DNA of 64,000 nucleotides from NCBI RefSeq assembly GCF_054482595.1, contig NZ_CM137008.1; one strand, 5' to 3'. Shown piece by piece: positions 50,623 to 64,000 of this stretch (position 1 is its first letter; each line of letters starts with the position of its first letter). The notes under the pieces were generated by a model. It saw only the letters and a program-made list of their open reading frames with translations, ran no database searches and was not told where the DNA came from. The position numbers and the translations under genes were made by a program.

Positions 50623-50735
50623 CACAGTGCATTTCTTCTCTGTTCATTGAAGGGTCCTCTGTGCAATGCAGACGACATAAGCGGGCAATAATAACACCAG
50701 TCCCGATTAAGTGGTCAACATTTCCAGTACCTTAC

Positions 50736-53396
50736 TCATGATTCCTCGCGCTGGGCAAGATTTAGCGTAAGCCCAACGATCCCCTCTTCGAGCTGGATAT
50801 CAACGTTAAACCCGAGCTTGCGGGCCAGCGCCACCATGCCACGATTGTTTGGCATCGTAATACCATTCAGACGTTGTAGTCCGTGATCTCGCGTATAGGT
50901 AATCAACTTTTCCATTAAGCGTCGACCTAAGCCTAACCCTTTGAGATCCGAGCGAACCAGCACGGCAAATTCGGCATCGATGTTATCAGGGTCGGAGATC
51001 GCACGCGTGACGCCGAGGATCTCTTCCGTTTGATCAATACGTCGTACCGCTACAAACGCCATTTCCCGATCGTAGTCGATCTGCGTCATGTTGGCTAAAT
51101 CTTCATGGGTAAATTCGTTGATCTCGCTAAAGTAGCGGTAATAAAGATCTTCTTTGGTGACTCGCGAAATGAATTGCTGAAGTTGTGGCTCATCTTCTGG
51201 CAAAATCGGGCGGAACAAGCAGCGTTCACCGTTTTTCAATTCTACCCATTCTTCCAGCTGATGCGGATAAGGGCGCACTGCCAGCCGACTCTCGTTATCG
51301 CCTTCAAACGGCGCGATATCCAGCGTGACATCCAGCGCGGTAAATTCACTGCCAGAAGCCAGCAAAGGATGAATATCCAGACGCTGAATTTCCGGGCAAT
51401 CGACAATCAAGTTGGAAACCTGCACCAGAAGCTGGCTCAAGCCTGCAACATCCAATGGGCGTAGCGCACTGCGCGCACGAATCTTTTTACTTTTGATCCC
51501 CTGAATAACCAGATAGCGGGCCAGGTTCATATTCAGCGGCGGCAGTGCGACGACGGCTTGATCTTCAGGACGCCACTCCACACCGCCTTCACCCAGCATG
51601 ATCAACGGCCCAAAAACCGGATCGTGCTCAACCACAACCCGCAACTCCTGAGCGCCAGCACGGTTAGCCATACTTTGCACCAACAGGCCGTGGACCCGCG
51701 CCTGCGGCCAGGTCATTTTTACGCGATCGAAAATAGCGTTTGCCGCTTGCTGGACTTCATTGGCTGTACGCAGGTACAGCATGACGCCCTGAACTTCCGA
51801 TTTATGTGGAATATCCGGCGAACGCAATTTCAGCGCCACCGGATAACCAATCTGTTCGGCAATATGCACCGCTTCGGTGCTATCACTGGCAATCCAGGTA
51901 GGGAGCGTGTTCATGCCATACGCTTGCAGGATGGGCTGAACTTCATGGGTATCGAGCGACGTAGCCCCTTCGGCAATCGCCTGTTGCAATAGAAGATGCG
52001 CTTTTGCGGTATTGGAAGTCAGATTGCTGGGCAACGCCGGCGTTTCGCGTAGTTGCTTCTGATTACGCCGGTACTCCACCATATGCATAAAAGCAGTGAT
52101 GGTTCCTTCCGGGGTACGGTAGGTCGGCAGCCCGGCTTCGCTGAATAAACGTCGTGCCTCTTGCGAGGAGTGCTCGCCGCACCAGTTCGTCAGCAGAGAA
52201 ACATACTTGCTGCGGGGATGATGCTTTACCGCTTCAATTAATGCTTGCGCACTTTCTGTTGCGGGAGCAGCGGCGCTGGGCGAATGAATAACCATCAGCG
52301 CATCAAAATCCTGGCTATGGAGCAGAATGTCCAGCGTTTTGACATAATGCTCGCTGCTGGCGTCATCGCGCAGATCGAGCGGGTTAGAGATTGCCACATG
52401 TCCTGGCAGTGCATCGCGCAGTTTCTGGCAGGTTTCTTCGCTTAGTGTTGCCAGCTTGCCATTGCGTGACCATAAGGCATCCAGCGCCAGCGCGGCAGGC
52501 GCAGCACCGTTGCTGATAATCATCAACCGGTCGCCACGCAGCGGGCGCATATGGCTAAGGGTTTCTACCGCCGAAAACAGTTCGTGGGTGTCCTGTACCC
52601 GCAACAAACCGGCACGCTGAATAGCCGCATCCCATGCCGGGTCCATTCCTGCCGTCGTGTTGAGCAGTCGCTGTGCCGCCGGGCTACGTCCGCTTTTAAT
52701 CACCAGAATCGGTTTATTACGCGAGGCACTACGGGCCGCCGAAACAAAGCGTCGCGCGTCGCTTAACTGTTCGAGATAGAGCAGGATGGCGCTGGTTTTA
52801 CTGTCGCGTGCCAGATAGTCAAGCAATTCATCAACGTCGATATCCAGGCTGTCGCCGAGCGCAATAAAGTAGGAAAAGCCCATCTCACGCTGTTGCGCCC
52901 AGTCGAGGATGGTGTTGGAGACGGCAGCCGATTGTGAAATAAACGCCAGCTTGCCGCGTTTAATAGGTACCGGCGAAAAGCTGGCATTCAGACCTTGCCA
53001 GGGAGCCAGTAAACCCAGACTGTTTGGTCCAAGCAGGCGCATGTTATGGCGCAGGGCGCAGGCGCGGAGATCTTCGTGTTGCGATGCCGGGGCGGAAAGA
53101 ATAATGCAGGTTTTACAGCCTTTCTCGCCGAGCTCTTCCAGAAGAGCAAGATTACGGCTGGCATTGGTACATAAAACCGCAAGGTCGGGTGTAAAGGGCA
53201 AGCTGGCAATATCCGGCCAGGCCAACACACCCAACACCGCTTTCCAGGCTGGCGTCACCGGGAGTACCGGTCCGTTAAAGCCTCCCGCCAGCAGGTTACG
53301 CATCATCAGGTAACCTGCGCGATTGGGTTTCATCGACGCGCCAATTACCGCTATCGATTTTGGTCGCAGTAGTGCTTCCAGTCCTCGCTGACTCAT
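50736..53396 (-). CDS. patZ: Protein lysine acetyltransferase Pka/PatZ (YfiQ)
   Basis: 886 aa; acyl-CoA synthetase (NDP-forming)-like N-terminus and GNAT C-terminus. Confidence 0.93.
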   Translation of the reverse strand: MSQRGLEALLRPKSIAVIGASMKPNRAGYLMMRNLLAGGFNGPVLPVTPAWKAVLGVLAWPDIASLPFTPDLAVLCTNASRNLALLEELGEKGCKTCIILSAPASQHEDLRACALRHNMRLLGPNSLGLLAPWQGLNASFSPVPIKRGKLAFISQSAAVSNTILDWAQQREMGFSYFIALGDSLDIDVDELLDYLARDSKTSAILLYLEQLSDARRFVSAARSASRNKPILVIKSGRSPAAQRLLNTTAGMDPAWDAAIQRAGLLRVQDTHELFSAVETLSHMRPLRGDRLMIISNGAAPAALALDALWSRNGKLATLSEETCQKLRDALPGHVAISNPLDLRDDASSEHYVKTLDILLHSQDFDALMVIHSPSAAAPATESAQALIEAVKHHPRSKYVSLLTNWCGEHSSQEARRLFSEAGLPTYRTPEGTITAFMHMVEYRRNQKQLRETPALPSNLTSNTAKAHLLLQQAIAEGATSLDTHEVQPILQAYGMNTLPTWIASDSTEAVHIAEQIGYPVALKLRSPDIPHKSEVQGVMLYLRTANEVQQAANAIFDRVKMTWPQARVHGLLVQSMANRAGAQELRVVVEHDPVFGPLIMLGEGGVEWRPEDQAVVALPPLNMNLARYLVIQGIKSKKIRARSALRPLDVAGLSQLLVQVSNLIVDCPEIQRLDIHPLLASGSEFTALDVTLDIAPFEGDNESRLAVRPYPHQLEEWVELKNGERCLFRPILPEDEPQLQQFISRVTKEDLYYRYFSEINEFTHEDLANMTQIDYDREMAFVAVRRIDQTEEILGVTRAISDPDNIDAEFAVLVRSDLKGLGLGRRLMEKLITYTRDHGLQRLNGITMPNNRGMVALARKLGFNVDIQLEEGIVGLTLNLAQREES

Positions 53397-53427
53397 ACCG
53401 GTCTCCCGCAGAAGTGACCGAATGATT

Positions 53428-54126
53428 TTAAACGCTTTCTAACTGTTCTGCTGTGATGCTACCCAGATGTTGCGTTTTTCCTGCCAGATAGCGTGTTTTA
53501 AAGCGGGTAAAATGCTCGCCTAACCCTGCTGCCGCCCCGGTATCGCCGGCCATATCTAACAGTGCGATGGCTACCTCGGCAGTACAATATTGGCCTTCAG
53601 CCTGGGCTTCACGCAGGCGATAGGCAGAAAGCCGGGAAAGATCGACGGAAATGACGGGAAGATTATCCAGATACGGACTTTTACGAAACATCTTGCGAGC
53701 TTCCGGCCAGGTACCATCGAGCATGATAAACAGCGGTGGCTTACCGGAAGGCGGGGTGAAGATCACTTCCCGTTGCTCATCAGCATACGAGGCTGGAAAG
53801 ACCACCATTGGCTGATAGTCCGGGTTTTGTACCAGATCCAGCAAATCTTGCGAGGGTTCGGTACGCGACCATTGAAACGCAACGGTATCAGGCAAAATAT
53901 CAGCAATCAGACGCCCGGTATTACTGGGCTTCATTGGCTCGGTGTCAAACATCAACAAACAAAAGCGGCTTTTTGCTTGTGCTGGGGTAATTGTCGAACA
54001 GAGACATAATTTCTCTGGCAAAAGACAGCGTTGGCAGCGACGAACGCGATTACCGCGGGCAAGAAAAGGACGTGTTGCGCGCGCAATACGCTCGGCGCGT
54101 AACTGGAGAACAGCGTTTTCGGTCAT
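53428..54126 (-). CDS. yfiP: DTW-domain protein YfiP (TapT)
   Basis: 232 aa from MTENAVLQLRAERIARA…; DGTW motif; ORF track extends 17 codons upstream. Confidence 0.88.
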   Translation of the reverse strand: MTENAVLQLRAERIARATRPFLARGNRVRRCQRCLLPEKLCLCSTITPAQAKSRFCLLMFDTEPMKPSNTGRLIADILPDTVAFQWSRTEPSQDLLDLVQNPDYQPMVVFPASYADEQREVIFTPPSGKPPLFIMLDGTWPEARKMFRKSPYLDNLPVISVDLSRLSAYRLREAQAEGQYCTAEVAIALLDMAGDTGAAAGLGEHFTRFKTRYLAGKTQHLGSITAEQLESV

Positions 54127-54194
54127 AAGAGAGCGTCGAAAAAACACCATTGTCGCAGAGGAGAAAACGGGGCACAAGATGCGCCCCGGTAAGA

Positions 54195-54614
54195 TTAAAG
54201 AGATTCGTTCAGCCAGCTGTCGAACGGCGCTTTCGGTACTGCACCATTAAGCATGTCGACAACCTGACCGTTTTTGAAAATCATGATCGTCGGTATACTA
54301 CGAATTCCAAAGCGACTGCTCAATTCACGTTCAGCTTCGGTATTCACTTTCACAAAGCGCACTTTACCGCTACGCTCTTGCGCGACATCTTCAAAAATTG
54401 GTGCGAAATTACGGCAGGGGCCGCACCACGGTGCCCAGAAGTCGATCACCACAGGTAGATCATCTTTCAGCAATTTGTCGAGCGTTTCACCGGTCGCATT
54501 AATCACCTCTCCGTCAAACAAGTCGTGACCGCAGCGTCCGCATTTTGCCGCATCTTCGATCCGATCGTCGGGAATGCGATTGATGGCCTGACAATGGGTA
54601 CAAACGGTATTCAT
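54195..54614 (-). CDS. trxC: Thioredoxin 2
   Basis: 139 aa; N-terminal Zn-finger CxxC pairs; WCGPC active site. Confidence 0.95.
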
Positions 54615-54820
54615 AACTAACCTCGGGATGAGTAAGGAGACTTATCGGCAACGACGCCGGTATGTTTCTAATATGTTACATATTATCGGGGACATTGTTC
54701 CAGACAACAATCTGTTTTATTCAATAGGTATGATAGTCGCAGGCTTTGGTACGAAATCATGGCGAACCGCGCGGACTTCGGGTAATCTGCGCGCTTCGCG
54801 CAGCGCTGGTGGAGAAAAGC

Positions 54821-55858
54821 ATGAACGATGAAATGAAAGGTAAAAGCGGCAAGGTCAAAGTGATGTATGTCCGCAGTGATGATGATTCTGATAAACGTAC
54901 CCACAACCCGCGTACCGGGAAAGGGGGCGGGCGTCCAGGAAAATCTCGTGCTGACGGTGGCCGTCGCCCCGCCCGCGATGACAAACAGAGTCAGCCCCGT
55001 GACCGCAAGTGGGAAGAGTCGCCGTGGCGCACGGTTTCCCGCGCGCCGGGTGATGAGACGCCGGAAAAGGCCGATCACGGTGGTATCAGTGGTAAAAGTT
55101 TTATTGATCCGGAAGTGTTGCGTCGTCAGCGTGCGGAAGAAACCCGCGTCTACGGCGAAAACGCCTGTCAGGCACTGTTCCAGAGCCGCCCGGAAGCGAT
55201 TGTTCGCGCCTGGTTTATTCAGAGTGTAACGCCACGTTTTAAAGAAGCCTTGCGCTGGATGGCGGCAAACCGCAAAGCGTACCATGTGGTGGATGAAGCG
55301 GAATTGACAAAAGCGTCAGGCACGGAACATCACGGCGGCGTTTGCTTCCTGATCAAAAAGCGTAATGGCACAACCGTGCAGCAGTGGGTAAGCCAGGCAG
55401 GTGCGCAGGATTGCGTTCTGGCACTGGAAAACGAATCTAACCCGCATAACCTGGGTGGCATGATGCGCAGCTGCGCGCACTTCGGCGTGAAAGGCGTTGT
55501 GGTGCAGGATGCGGCACTGCTGGAGTCGGGTGCGGCTATCCGTACCGCAGAAGGCGGCGCAGAGCACGTTCAGCCGATTACTGGCGACAACATTGTTAAC
55601 GTGCTGGATGATTTCCGTCAGGCGGGTTACACCGTAGTGACAACTTCCAGCGAGCAGGGTAAACCGCTGTTCAAAACCAGTCTGCCAGCGAAAATGGTAC
55701 TGGTGCTGGGTCAGGAATATGAAGGGTTACCGGATGCCGCACGCGATCCGAACGATCTGCGCGTGAAGATTGATGGTACTGGCAACGTTGCCGGGCTGAA
55801 TATCTCTGTCGCAACCGGCGTTCTTCTTGGCGAATGGTGGCGTCAGAATAAAGCCTGA
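54821..55858 (+). CDS. yfiF: SpoU-family RNA methyltransferase YfiF
   Basis: 345 aa from [22 protein letters not shown]…; basic N-terminal region then SpoU methylase domain. Confidence 0.9.
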   Translation: MNDEMKGKSGKVKVMYVRSDDDSDKRTHNPRTGKGGGRPGKSRADGGRRPARDDKQSQPRDRKWEESPWRTVSRAPGDETPEKADHGGISGKSFIDPEVLRRQRAEETRVYGENACQALFQSRPEAIVRAWFIQSVTPRFKEALRWMAANRKAYHVVDEAELTKASGTEHHGGVCFLIKKRNGTTVQQWVSQAGAQDCVLALENESNPHNLGGMMRSCAHFGVKGVVVQDAALLESGAAIRTAEGGAEHVQPITGDNIVNVLDDFRQAGYTVVTTSSEQGKPLFKTSLPAKMVLVLGQEYEGLPDAARDPNDLRVKIDGTGNVAGLNISVATGVLLGEWWRQNKA

Positions 55859-55905
55859 TAAATCAGCCGGGTGGCAACTTTGCCATCCGGCATTTTCCCG
55901 CAAAT

Positions 55906-56595
55906 TTACTCACTCTCTGCCGGTAATACTGGCATCCAGTCAATCGGCGTCTCGCCACGTTGTTCCAGCCACTGATTTGCCAGCACAAAATGGTTACAGC
56001 CAAAGAATCCACGATGCGCAGAAAGCGGTGACGGATGCGGTGCTTTCAGTACGTGATGGCGTTGCTTATCTATAATCGCCCCTTTCTTTTGCGCATGCGA
56101 TCCCCACAACAAAAACACCACGCCTTCGCGATGCTGGTTAATCAGGCTGATCACTTTATCGGTGAAGGTTTCCCAGCCGAGGCTGGCGTGGGAATGCGCC
56201 TGACCTGCGCGTACCGTCAACACAGTATTGAGTAGCAGAACGCCCTGACGCGCCCAGCTTTCAAGATAACCATGATTAGGGCGGGTGAAGCCCGGAATAG
56301 TATTTTCCAGCTCTTTATACATATTCAGCAGTGACGGAGGAGTGGCGATTCCGGGGCGAACGGAAAATGCCAGCCCATGCGCCTGTCCCGGTCCGTGATA
56401 AGGATCCTGGCCGAGAATCACCACTTTAACGTCACCCAACTCGGTAAAGCGGAACGCGTTAAAGACATCTTTTTGTGGTGGATAGATAGTGACGCCGGAC
56501 TGCCGCTCGCTGGCGACGGTCTGAAGGGTATTAAGAAAATAGGGTTGCTGCTTCTCTTCAGCCAGCACGTCATGCCAGGTTAATTCGTTAGCCAT
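55906..56595 (-). CDS. ung: Uracil-DNA glycosylase
   Basis: 229 aa [20 protein letters not shown]…; [14 protein letters not shown] motif. Confidence 0.95.
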   Translation of the reverse strand: MANELTWHDVLAEEKQQPYFLNTLQTVASERQSGVTIYPPQKDVFNAFRFTELGDVKVVILGQDPYHGPGQAHGLAFSVRPGIATPPSLLNMYKELENTIPGFTRPNHGYLESWARQGVLLLNTVLTVRAGQAHSHASLGWETFTDKVISLINQHREGVVFLLWGSHAQKKGAIIDKQRHHVLKAPHPSPLSAHRGFFGCNHFVLANQWLEQRGETPIDWMPVLPAESE

Positions 56596-56899
56596 CTCGC
56601 TCTCCTGCGAATCTTCAATCCGCCTAGCTTAACTGCTTCTTTCTACAGAACAAAATCATGCTCATTTTTTAGACTTAAACGAGTGCAAAAAAATGTAAAT
56701 TGGTAAAATTTCACACCCGCATAAGTTGATGTAAAACAATAAAATCCATTTGCGACCACACTTGATGTGTGGTTTTTATTGATTTAAATCAAAGATTCAA
56801 GGGTGTTTGAGGAGTATATATACACTCAAGCAACAATGGTTTTACCAATTGGCCGCGACAGGCTGAACAAATCAAATAATTTTGCCGGGGAGGCATCAC

Positions 56900-57283
56900 A
56901 TGATTACAGGTATCCAGATTACTAAAGCCGCTAACGACGATCTGCTGAACTCTTTCTGGCTGCTGGACAGCGAAAAAGGCGAAGCGCGTTGCATCGTTGC
57001 GAAAGCAGGTTTTGCAGAAGACGAAGTGGTTGCAGTAAGCAAACTGGGTGACATTGAGTACCGTGAAGTTCCAGTAGAAGTGAAACCAGAAGTTCGCGTT
57101 GAAGGTGGTCAGCACCTGAACGTTAACGTTCTGCGTCGTGAAACTCTGGAAGATGCAGTTAAGCATCCGGAAAAATATCCGCAGCTGACCATCCGTGTAT
57201 CCGGTTATGCAGTTCGCTTTAACTCTCTGACTCCGGAACAACAGCGCGACGTTATCGCTCGTACCTTTACTGAAAGCCTGTAA
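56900..57283 (+). CDS. grcA: Autonomous glycyl radical cofactor GrcA (YfiD)
   Basis: 127 aa from [14 protein letters not shown]…; glycyl-radical motif RVSGYAV. Confidence 0.95.
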
Positions 57284-57305
57284 GGCTTAAGTAGCAAGTT
57301 ACTAA

Positions 57306-57336
57306 GCGGAAGAGGGCGACCTCTTCCGCTTTTTTT
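57306..57336. terminator. Bidirectional terminator between grcA and eamB
   Basis: GCGGAAGAGGgcgacCTCTTCCGC followed by TTTTTTT. Confidence 0.8.
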
Positions 57337-57338
57337 CA

Positions 57339-57926
57339 TTAATAGAAAATGCGTACCGCGCAATAGATCAGCAGCAGCGCCAGCACGATATTTAACTGGC
57401 GACCATACTGGCGAAACAATCGCTGAAACAGATGCCCCGCCAGCGCCCAGCACACATTACCAAACGTCCCAATCATTGCCAGCAAAACGCTGACGCCAAC
57501 TATCCAGCTTAACGCCTGTGTTTGCGGCAGAACAAATGTCGACAGTGCCGTAACACCGTACAAAATGATTTTGACGTTCACAAACTGCAAAGCAAAGCTG
57601 GCCCAAAAACTGATTGGTTTTGTCTGAAGCCCGTCTTCCTTTGTTGGACTGGTAGCGATTTTCCACGCCAGCCAGACAATATATGCCGCCCCCGCCCAAC
57701 TCAACAGATGCACAGCTGCCGGGTCGATAACAGCCAGTGAAAACGAAATGCCCGCACACAGCAACATGACGATTAAAAATCCCAGACTCATCCCTGCCAG
57801 CACGCGGGTACTCTGACGAAATCCGTGCGTTGTGGCTGAGCTAAGGGCGAGAATATTGTTCGGTCCTGGCGTCATGGCGGTAATCAGGGTGTAAGTCCAA
57901 AAAGCACTGAAAAGGGTCGGTGTCAC
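57339..57926 (-). CDS. eamB: Cysteine/O-acetylserine exporter EamB (LysE/RhtB family)
   Basis: 195-aa multi-pass membrane protein. Confidence 0.9.
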   Translation of the reverse strand: MTPTLFSAFWTYTLITAMTPGPNNILALSSATTHGFRQSTRVLAGMSLGFLIVMLLCAGISFSLAVIDPAAVHLLSWAGAAYIVWLAWKIATSPTKEDGLQTKPISFWASFALQFVNVKIILYGVTALSTFVLPQTQALSWIVGVSVLLAMIGTFGNVCWALAGHLFQRLFRQYGRQLNIVLALLLIYCAVRIFY

Positions 57927-58028
57927 TTGTTATCTCCTCTGTTTTGGTAGACAGTACCCGACACGGAACATTTAAAAAAATGAATGTTTTTACATTCTAA
58001 ATTCGATATTTTCGATAGGTTTGGGGTT

Positions 58029-59054
58029 ATGGATCTGCGCCGTTTTATTACGCTTAAAACCGTGGTGGAAGAGGGTTCCTTTTTGCGAGCTTCGCAAAAA
58101 TTGTGCTGCACACAATCGACGGTGACTTTTCATATTCAGCAGCTTGAGCAGGAGTTCTCAGTACAGTTATTTGAGAAAATTGGTCGACGAATGTGCCTTA
58201 CCCGCGAAGGGAAAAAGCTGCTGCCGCACATCTATGAACTTACCAGAGTGATGGATACCCTTCGTGAGGCTGCCAAAAAGGAGTCGGATCCGGACGGGGA
58301 ACTACGCGTTGTTTCGGGCGAAACGTTGCTCTCTTACCGAATGCCGCAGGTGTTGCAGCGTTTTCGGCAACGCGCCCCAAAAGTGCGTTTATCGTTGCAG
58401 TCGCTGAACTGTTACGTGATCCGTGATGCGCTACTGAATGATGAGGCCGATGTTGGCGTCTTTTATCGTGTAGGGAATGATGATGCTCTGAATCGACGAG
58501 AGTTGGGTGAACAATCACTGGTGCTGGTGGCTTCACCGCAAATTGCAGATGTCGATTTTACTGAGCCGGGAAGACATAACGCCTGTAGCTTTATTATCAA
58601 CGAACCGCAATGTGTATTCCGGCAGATATTTGAGAGCACGCTGCGCCAGCGGCGGATCACGGTGGAAACTACCATTGAGCTGTTAAGCATTGAAAGTATC
58701 AAACGTTGTGTCGCGGCGAATATCGGTGTCAGTTACTTGCCCCGCTTTGCGGTGGAAAAAGAGCTTGAGAGCGGAGAATTAATTGAATTGCCTTTTGGCG
58801 AACAGTCGCAGCCATTACGGCAATGTGCGCACATCATGCTGGAAAAGCGGTTAGCCCGGCGATGCACATTTTTATTCAGTGTGTTGAAGAGTGTTTTTTG
58901 CCGGGATAAAAATAATGCCGGGCTTAAACCCGGCATTGAGATTACTCTTCTGTCGTTTGCGGTGGCACGCCCGTTCCGCTTGGTTTACGGCGCTTACCAA
59001 TATTTTTGGTATCGCGATGGCGTTTTTTCACCCGCGGCTTCTCTTTCTCTTTAG
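58029..59054 (+). CDS. yfiE: LysR-family transcriptional regulator YfiE; reading frame here runs to 59054 (341 codons), overlapping the 3' end of convergent srmB
   Basis: From MDLRRFITLKTVVEEGSFLRASQKL… (HTH); the ORF continues through the intergenic hairpin region; K-12 product recalled as about 293 aa. Confidence 0.8.
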   Translation: MDLRRFITLKTVVEEGSFLRASQKLCCTQSTVTFHIQQLEQEFSVQLFEKIGRRMCLTREGKKLLPHIYELTRVMDTLREAAKKESDPDGELRVVSGETLLSYRMPQVLQRFRQRAPKVRLSLQSLNCYVIRDALLNDEADVGVFYRVGNDDALNRRELGEQSLVLVASPQIADVDFTEPGRHNACSFIINEPQCVFRQIFESTLRQRRITVETTIELLSIESIKRCVAANIGVSYLPRFAVEKELESGELIELPFGEQSQPLRQCAHIMLEKRLARRCTFLFSVLKSVFCRDKNNAGLKPGIEITLLSFAVARPFRLVYGAYQYFWYRDGVFSPAASLSL

Positions 59055-60276
59055 CTTTTTTCTTCTCGGCGCGTTTTGCCAGTACTTTCTTCGATGGCTT
59101 GCCGGTCTGCTTCTCGCTTGGTGCACGCGTTTTCGGGCGTAACTCATCAATTACGCGAGCTTTAATTGGCTCTTCAATATAGCGACCGACTTTGCCCAGC
59201 AGCAGATGGTCATGGGCTTCTACCAGCGAAATTGCGGTGCCTTTACGACCGGCGCGCGCGGTACGTCCGATACGGTGCAAATAAGTATCGCCACTGCGCG
59301 GCATATCGAAGTTAAAGACGTGGCTGACGTCAGGAATGTCGATACCGCGCGCAGCAACATCGGTTGCAACCAGTACGTTTACGCGACCTTCGGTCAAACG
59401 CTTGATCGCTTCGTTACGCTTGCCCTGTACCATCTCACCTTCGAGATAGCAGTTGTTGATGCCCGCTTCGCGCAGCCAGTTTGCCAGCTCATGCACACGC
59501 TCACGCTTACGCACAAACACAATTGAGCGGGTCGCTTCCGGCTGTTTTAACAGATGCACCAGCAACGCGGTTTTATGCTCAAGATCATCGGCGCGGTAAT
59601 ACCACTGATGAATTTTTTTGCGCTCACGGGTGGACGGATTGGCAGAAACTTCCACCGGATCTTCCAGCAGACGCTCGGCAAAGTCCTGAATCGCATCGCC
59701 TTCCAGCGTTGCCGAAAAGAGCAGGGTCTGTTTACGCCAGCGCGTTTCGCCAGCAATATGTTCGATATCCTGAGCGAAGCCCATATCCAGCATACGGTCT
59801 GCTTCGTCGAGGATCAGCGTTTCAACCGCGCGGCAATCGAAGTTCTCTTCTTTTATGTATTGCAGCAGACGTCCGGTCGTGGCGACCACGATGTCCTGAT
59901 TTTCGCTGAACACTTCCGCGTGGTTCATATAGGCTACGCCGCCGGTGATGGTGGCGATATCCAGATGCGTATGTTTCGCCAGTTCGCGGGCATGATCGGC
60001 CACCTGCATCGCCAGCTCGCGAGTTGGGGTGAGGATCAAAATACGCGGCGGACCGGATTTCTTACGCGGGAAATCGAGCAGGTGCTGCAACGCTGGCAGC
60101 AGATACGCCGCCGTTTTACCGGTGCCTGTCGGCGCAGAACCGAGTACATCACGGCCATCGAGCGCAGGCGGAATGGCGGCAGCCTGAATGGCGGTCGGGC
60201 GAGTGAAACCTTTATCCTGGAGGGCTTCCAGCAGGCTTTCGTCGAGTTCAAGTTCGGAAAAAGTCGTTACAGTCAT
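58942..60276 (-). CDS. srmB: DEAD-box ATP-dependent RNA helicase SrmB
   Basis: 444 aa; motifs [25 protein letters not shown]. Confidence 0.95.
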   Translation of the reverse strand: MTVTTFSELELDESLLEALQDKGFTRPTAIQAAAIPPALDGRDVLGSAPTGTGKTAAYLLPALQHLLDFPRKKSGPPRILILTPTRELAMQVADHARELAKHTHLDIATITGGVAYMNHAEVFSENQDIVVATTGRLLQYIKEENFDCRAVETLILDEADRMLDMGFAQDIEHIAGETRWRKQTLLFSATLEGDAIQDFAERLLEDPVEVSANPSTRERKKIHQWYYRADDLEHKTALLVHLLKQPEATRSIVFVRKRERVHELANWLREAGINNCYLEGEMVQGKRNEAIKRLTEGRVNVLVATDVAARGIDIPDVSHVFNFDMPRSGDTYLHRIGRTARAGRKGTAISLVEAHDHLLLGKVGRYIEEPIKARVIDELRPKTRAPSEKQTGKPSKKVLAKRAEKKKAKEKEKPRVKKRHRDTKNIGKRRKPSGTGVPPQTTEE

Positions 60277-60407
60277 GTTCTACCTCTGTGTGGGGCGCTG
60301 ATTATAGACGTTACGGCTGCAATCTTCATCTGTTTGTATGGATATCGCTTCTCGGGTATTGTTCTCACCCGGTGCTATCGCCGTTTTTCCTGCAAGGTTT
60401 TATTTTC

Positions 60408-62761
<2,354 letters not shown>

Positions 62762-63159
62762 TTAATTTACTAAACATGGTTTGGTCAGCATAGCATCATG
62801 TTGTGCGAATAAACACCTGCTATTTTAATATTTGTTACAGTGGCTAAACACGCTGACGCAGGGCGGCGAGAAAAAGAGAAGTTACTGGCTGGTGGAGGAT
62901 TAGGTGGTGAAATAAAAAGGCCGTTGGGTTACTCTTCAGGCAGTTAAATGGGCATTTCTACACAGATAATGCGATGTTCAGATTCTGTAGACTTATAATG
63001 ATAGATAATGATCCGTCTACAGCATGACAAACAAAAACAGATGCGTTACGGAACTTTACAAAAACGAGACACTCTAACCCTTTGCTTGCTCAAATTGCAG
63101 CTAATGGAGTGGCGTTTCGATAGCGCGTGGAAATTTGGTTTGGGGAGACTTTACCTCGG

Positions 63160-63735
63160 ATGAGCGAGCAGTTAACGGACCAGGTCCTGGTTGAACGGGT
63201 CCAGAAGGGAGATCAGAAAGCCTTTAACTTACTGGTAGTGCGCTATCAGCATAAAGTGGCGAGTCTGGTTTCCCGCTATGTGCCGTCGGGTGATGTTCCC
63301 GATGTGGTACAAGAAGCTTTTATTAAAGCCTATCGTGCGCTGGATTCGTTCCGGGGAGATAGTGCTTTTTATACATGGCTGTATCGGATTGCTGTAAATA
63401 CAGCGAAAAATTACCTGGTTGCTCAGGGGCGTCGTCCACCTTCCAGTGATGTGGATGCCATTGAAGCTGAAAACTTCGAAAGTGGCGGCGCGTTGAAAGA
63501 AATTTCGAACCCTGAGAACTTAATGTTGTCAGAAGAACTGAGACAGATAGTTTTCCGAACTATTGAGTCCCTCCCGGAAGATTTACGCATGGCAATAACC
63601 TTGCGGGAGCTGGATGGCCTGAGCTATGAAGAGATAGCCGCTATCATGGATTGTCCGGTAGGTACGGTGCGTTCACGTATCTTCCGAGCGAGGGAAGCTA
63701 TTGATAACAAAGTTCAACCGCTTATCAGGCGTTGA
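63160..63735 (+). CDS. rpoE: RNA polymerase sigma-E factor
   Basis: 191 aa from MSEQLTDQVLVERVQKGDQKAFNLLV…. Confidence 0.95.
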   Translation: MSEQLTDQVLVERVQKGDQKAFNLLVVRYQHKVASLVSRYVPSGDVPDVVQEAFIKAYRALDSFRGDSAFYTWLYRIAVNTAKNYLVAQGRRPPSSDVDAIEAENFESGGALKEISNPENLMLSEELRQIVFRTIESLPEDLRMAITLRELDGLSYEEIAAIMDCPVGTVRSRIFRAREAIDNKVQPLIRR

Positions 63736-63767
63736 CGATAGCGGGATACTGGATAAGGGTATTAGGC

Positions 63768-64000
63768 ATGCAGAAAGAACAACTTTCCGCTTTAATGGAT
63801 GGCGAAACGCTGGATAGTGAGCTGCTTAACGAACTGGCTCATAACCCAGAAATGCAGAAAACCTGGGAAAGCTATCACTTAATCCGTGACTCAATGCGGG
63901 GTGATACTCCCGAGGTGCTCCATTTCGATATCTCTTCACGCGTGATGGCCGCCATTGAAGAAGAGCCAGTACGTCAACCGGCGACATTGATCCCGGAAGC
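63768..64000 (+). CDS. rseA: Anti-sigma-E factor RseA, N-terminal part (3' end outside window)
   Basis: ATG at 63768 encodes MQKEQLSALMDGETLDSELLNELAHNPEMQKTW…; open to the window end. Confidence 0.9.
   Translation, partial: MQKEQLSALMDGETLDSELLNELAHNPEMQKTWESYHLIRDSMRGDTPEVLHFDISSRVMAAIEEEPVRQPATLIPE

Overview
The window reads as Escherichia coli-type chromosome, in reverse orientation relative to the K-12 map. It has two parts.

(1) Core block, about 17.6-64 kb, recognised by protein sequence and gene order: ssrA (tmRNA), smpB, ratAB, bamE, recN, nadK, grpE, yfjD, ypjD, ffh, rpsP-rimM-trmD-rplS, yfiB-dgcN-yfiR, yfiL, aroF-tyrA, pheA-pheL, raiA, bamD, rluD-yfiH, clpB, a complete rRNA operon (16S, tRNA-Glu, 23S, 5S; rrnG by context), kgtP, yfiM, pssA, pka/patZ, yfiP, trxC, yfiF, ung, grcA, eamB, yfiE, srmB, yfiC, nadB, rpoE and the start of rseA.

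(2) Accessory region, 1-17.5 kb, next to ssrA. Most interesting is a roughly 6.9 kb degraded P4-like satellite island (10614-17477) bounded by 28-bp perfect direct repeats. It carries a P4-family integrase interrupted by an in-frame TGA, a psu-like gene interrupted by an in-frame TAG, a truncated alpha primase/helicase remnant, and TGTTCACC iterons. In the int-psu cargo position sits an AT-rich, tightly coupled two-gene cassette: a 553-560 aa ABC/AAA_15-like ATPase plus a 281 aa HNH nuclease. This has Septu-like (PtuA/PtuB) architecture and is the best candidate for a phage-defence system here; whether it is a known Septu variant or new cannot be decided without a database search. The rest of the accessory region holds an orphan 293 aa protein, an autotransporter adhesin (ypjA-like), IS/pin recombinase remnants, an AT-rich 484 aa orphan gene, tRNA-Ile(CAU), and a partial GH13 alpha-amylase-like gene that runs off the window start and is absent from the ORF track.

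All gene names rest on my reading of the translated proteins and recalled E. coli gene order; no database search was run.
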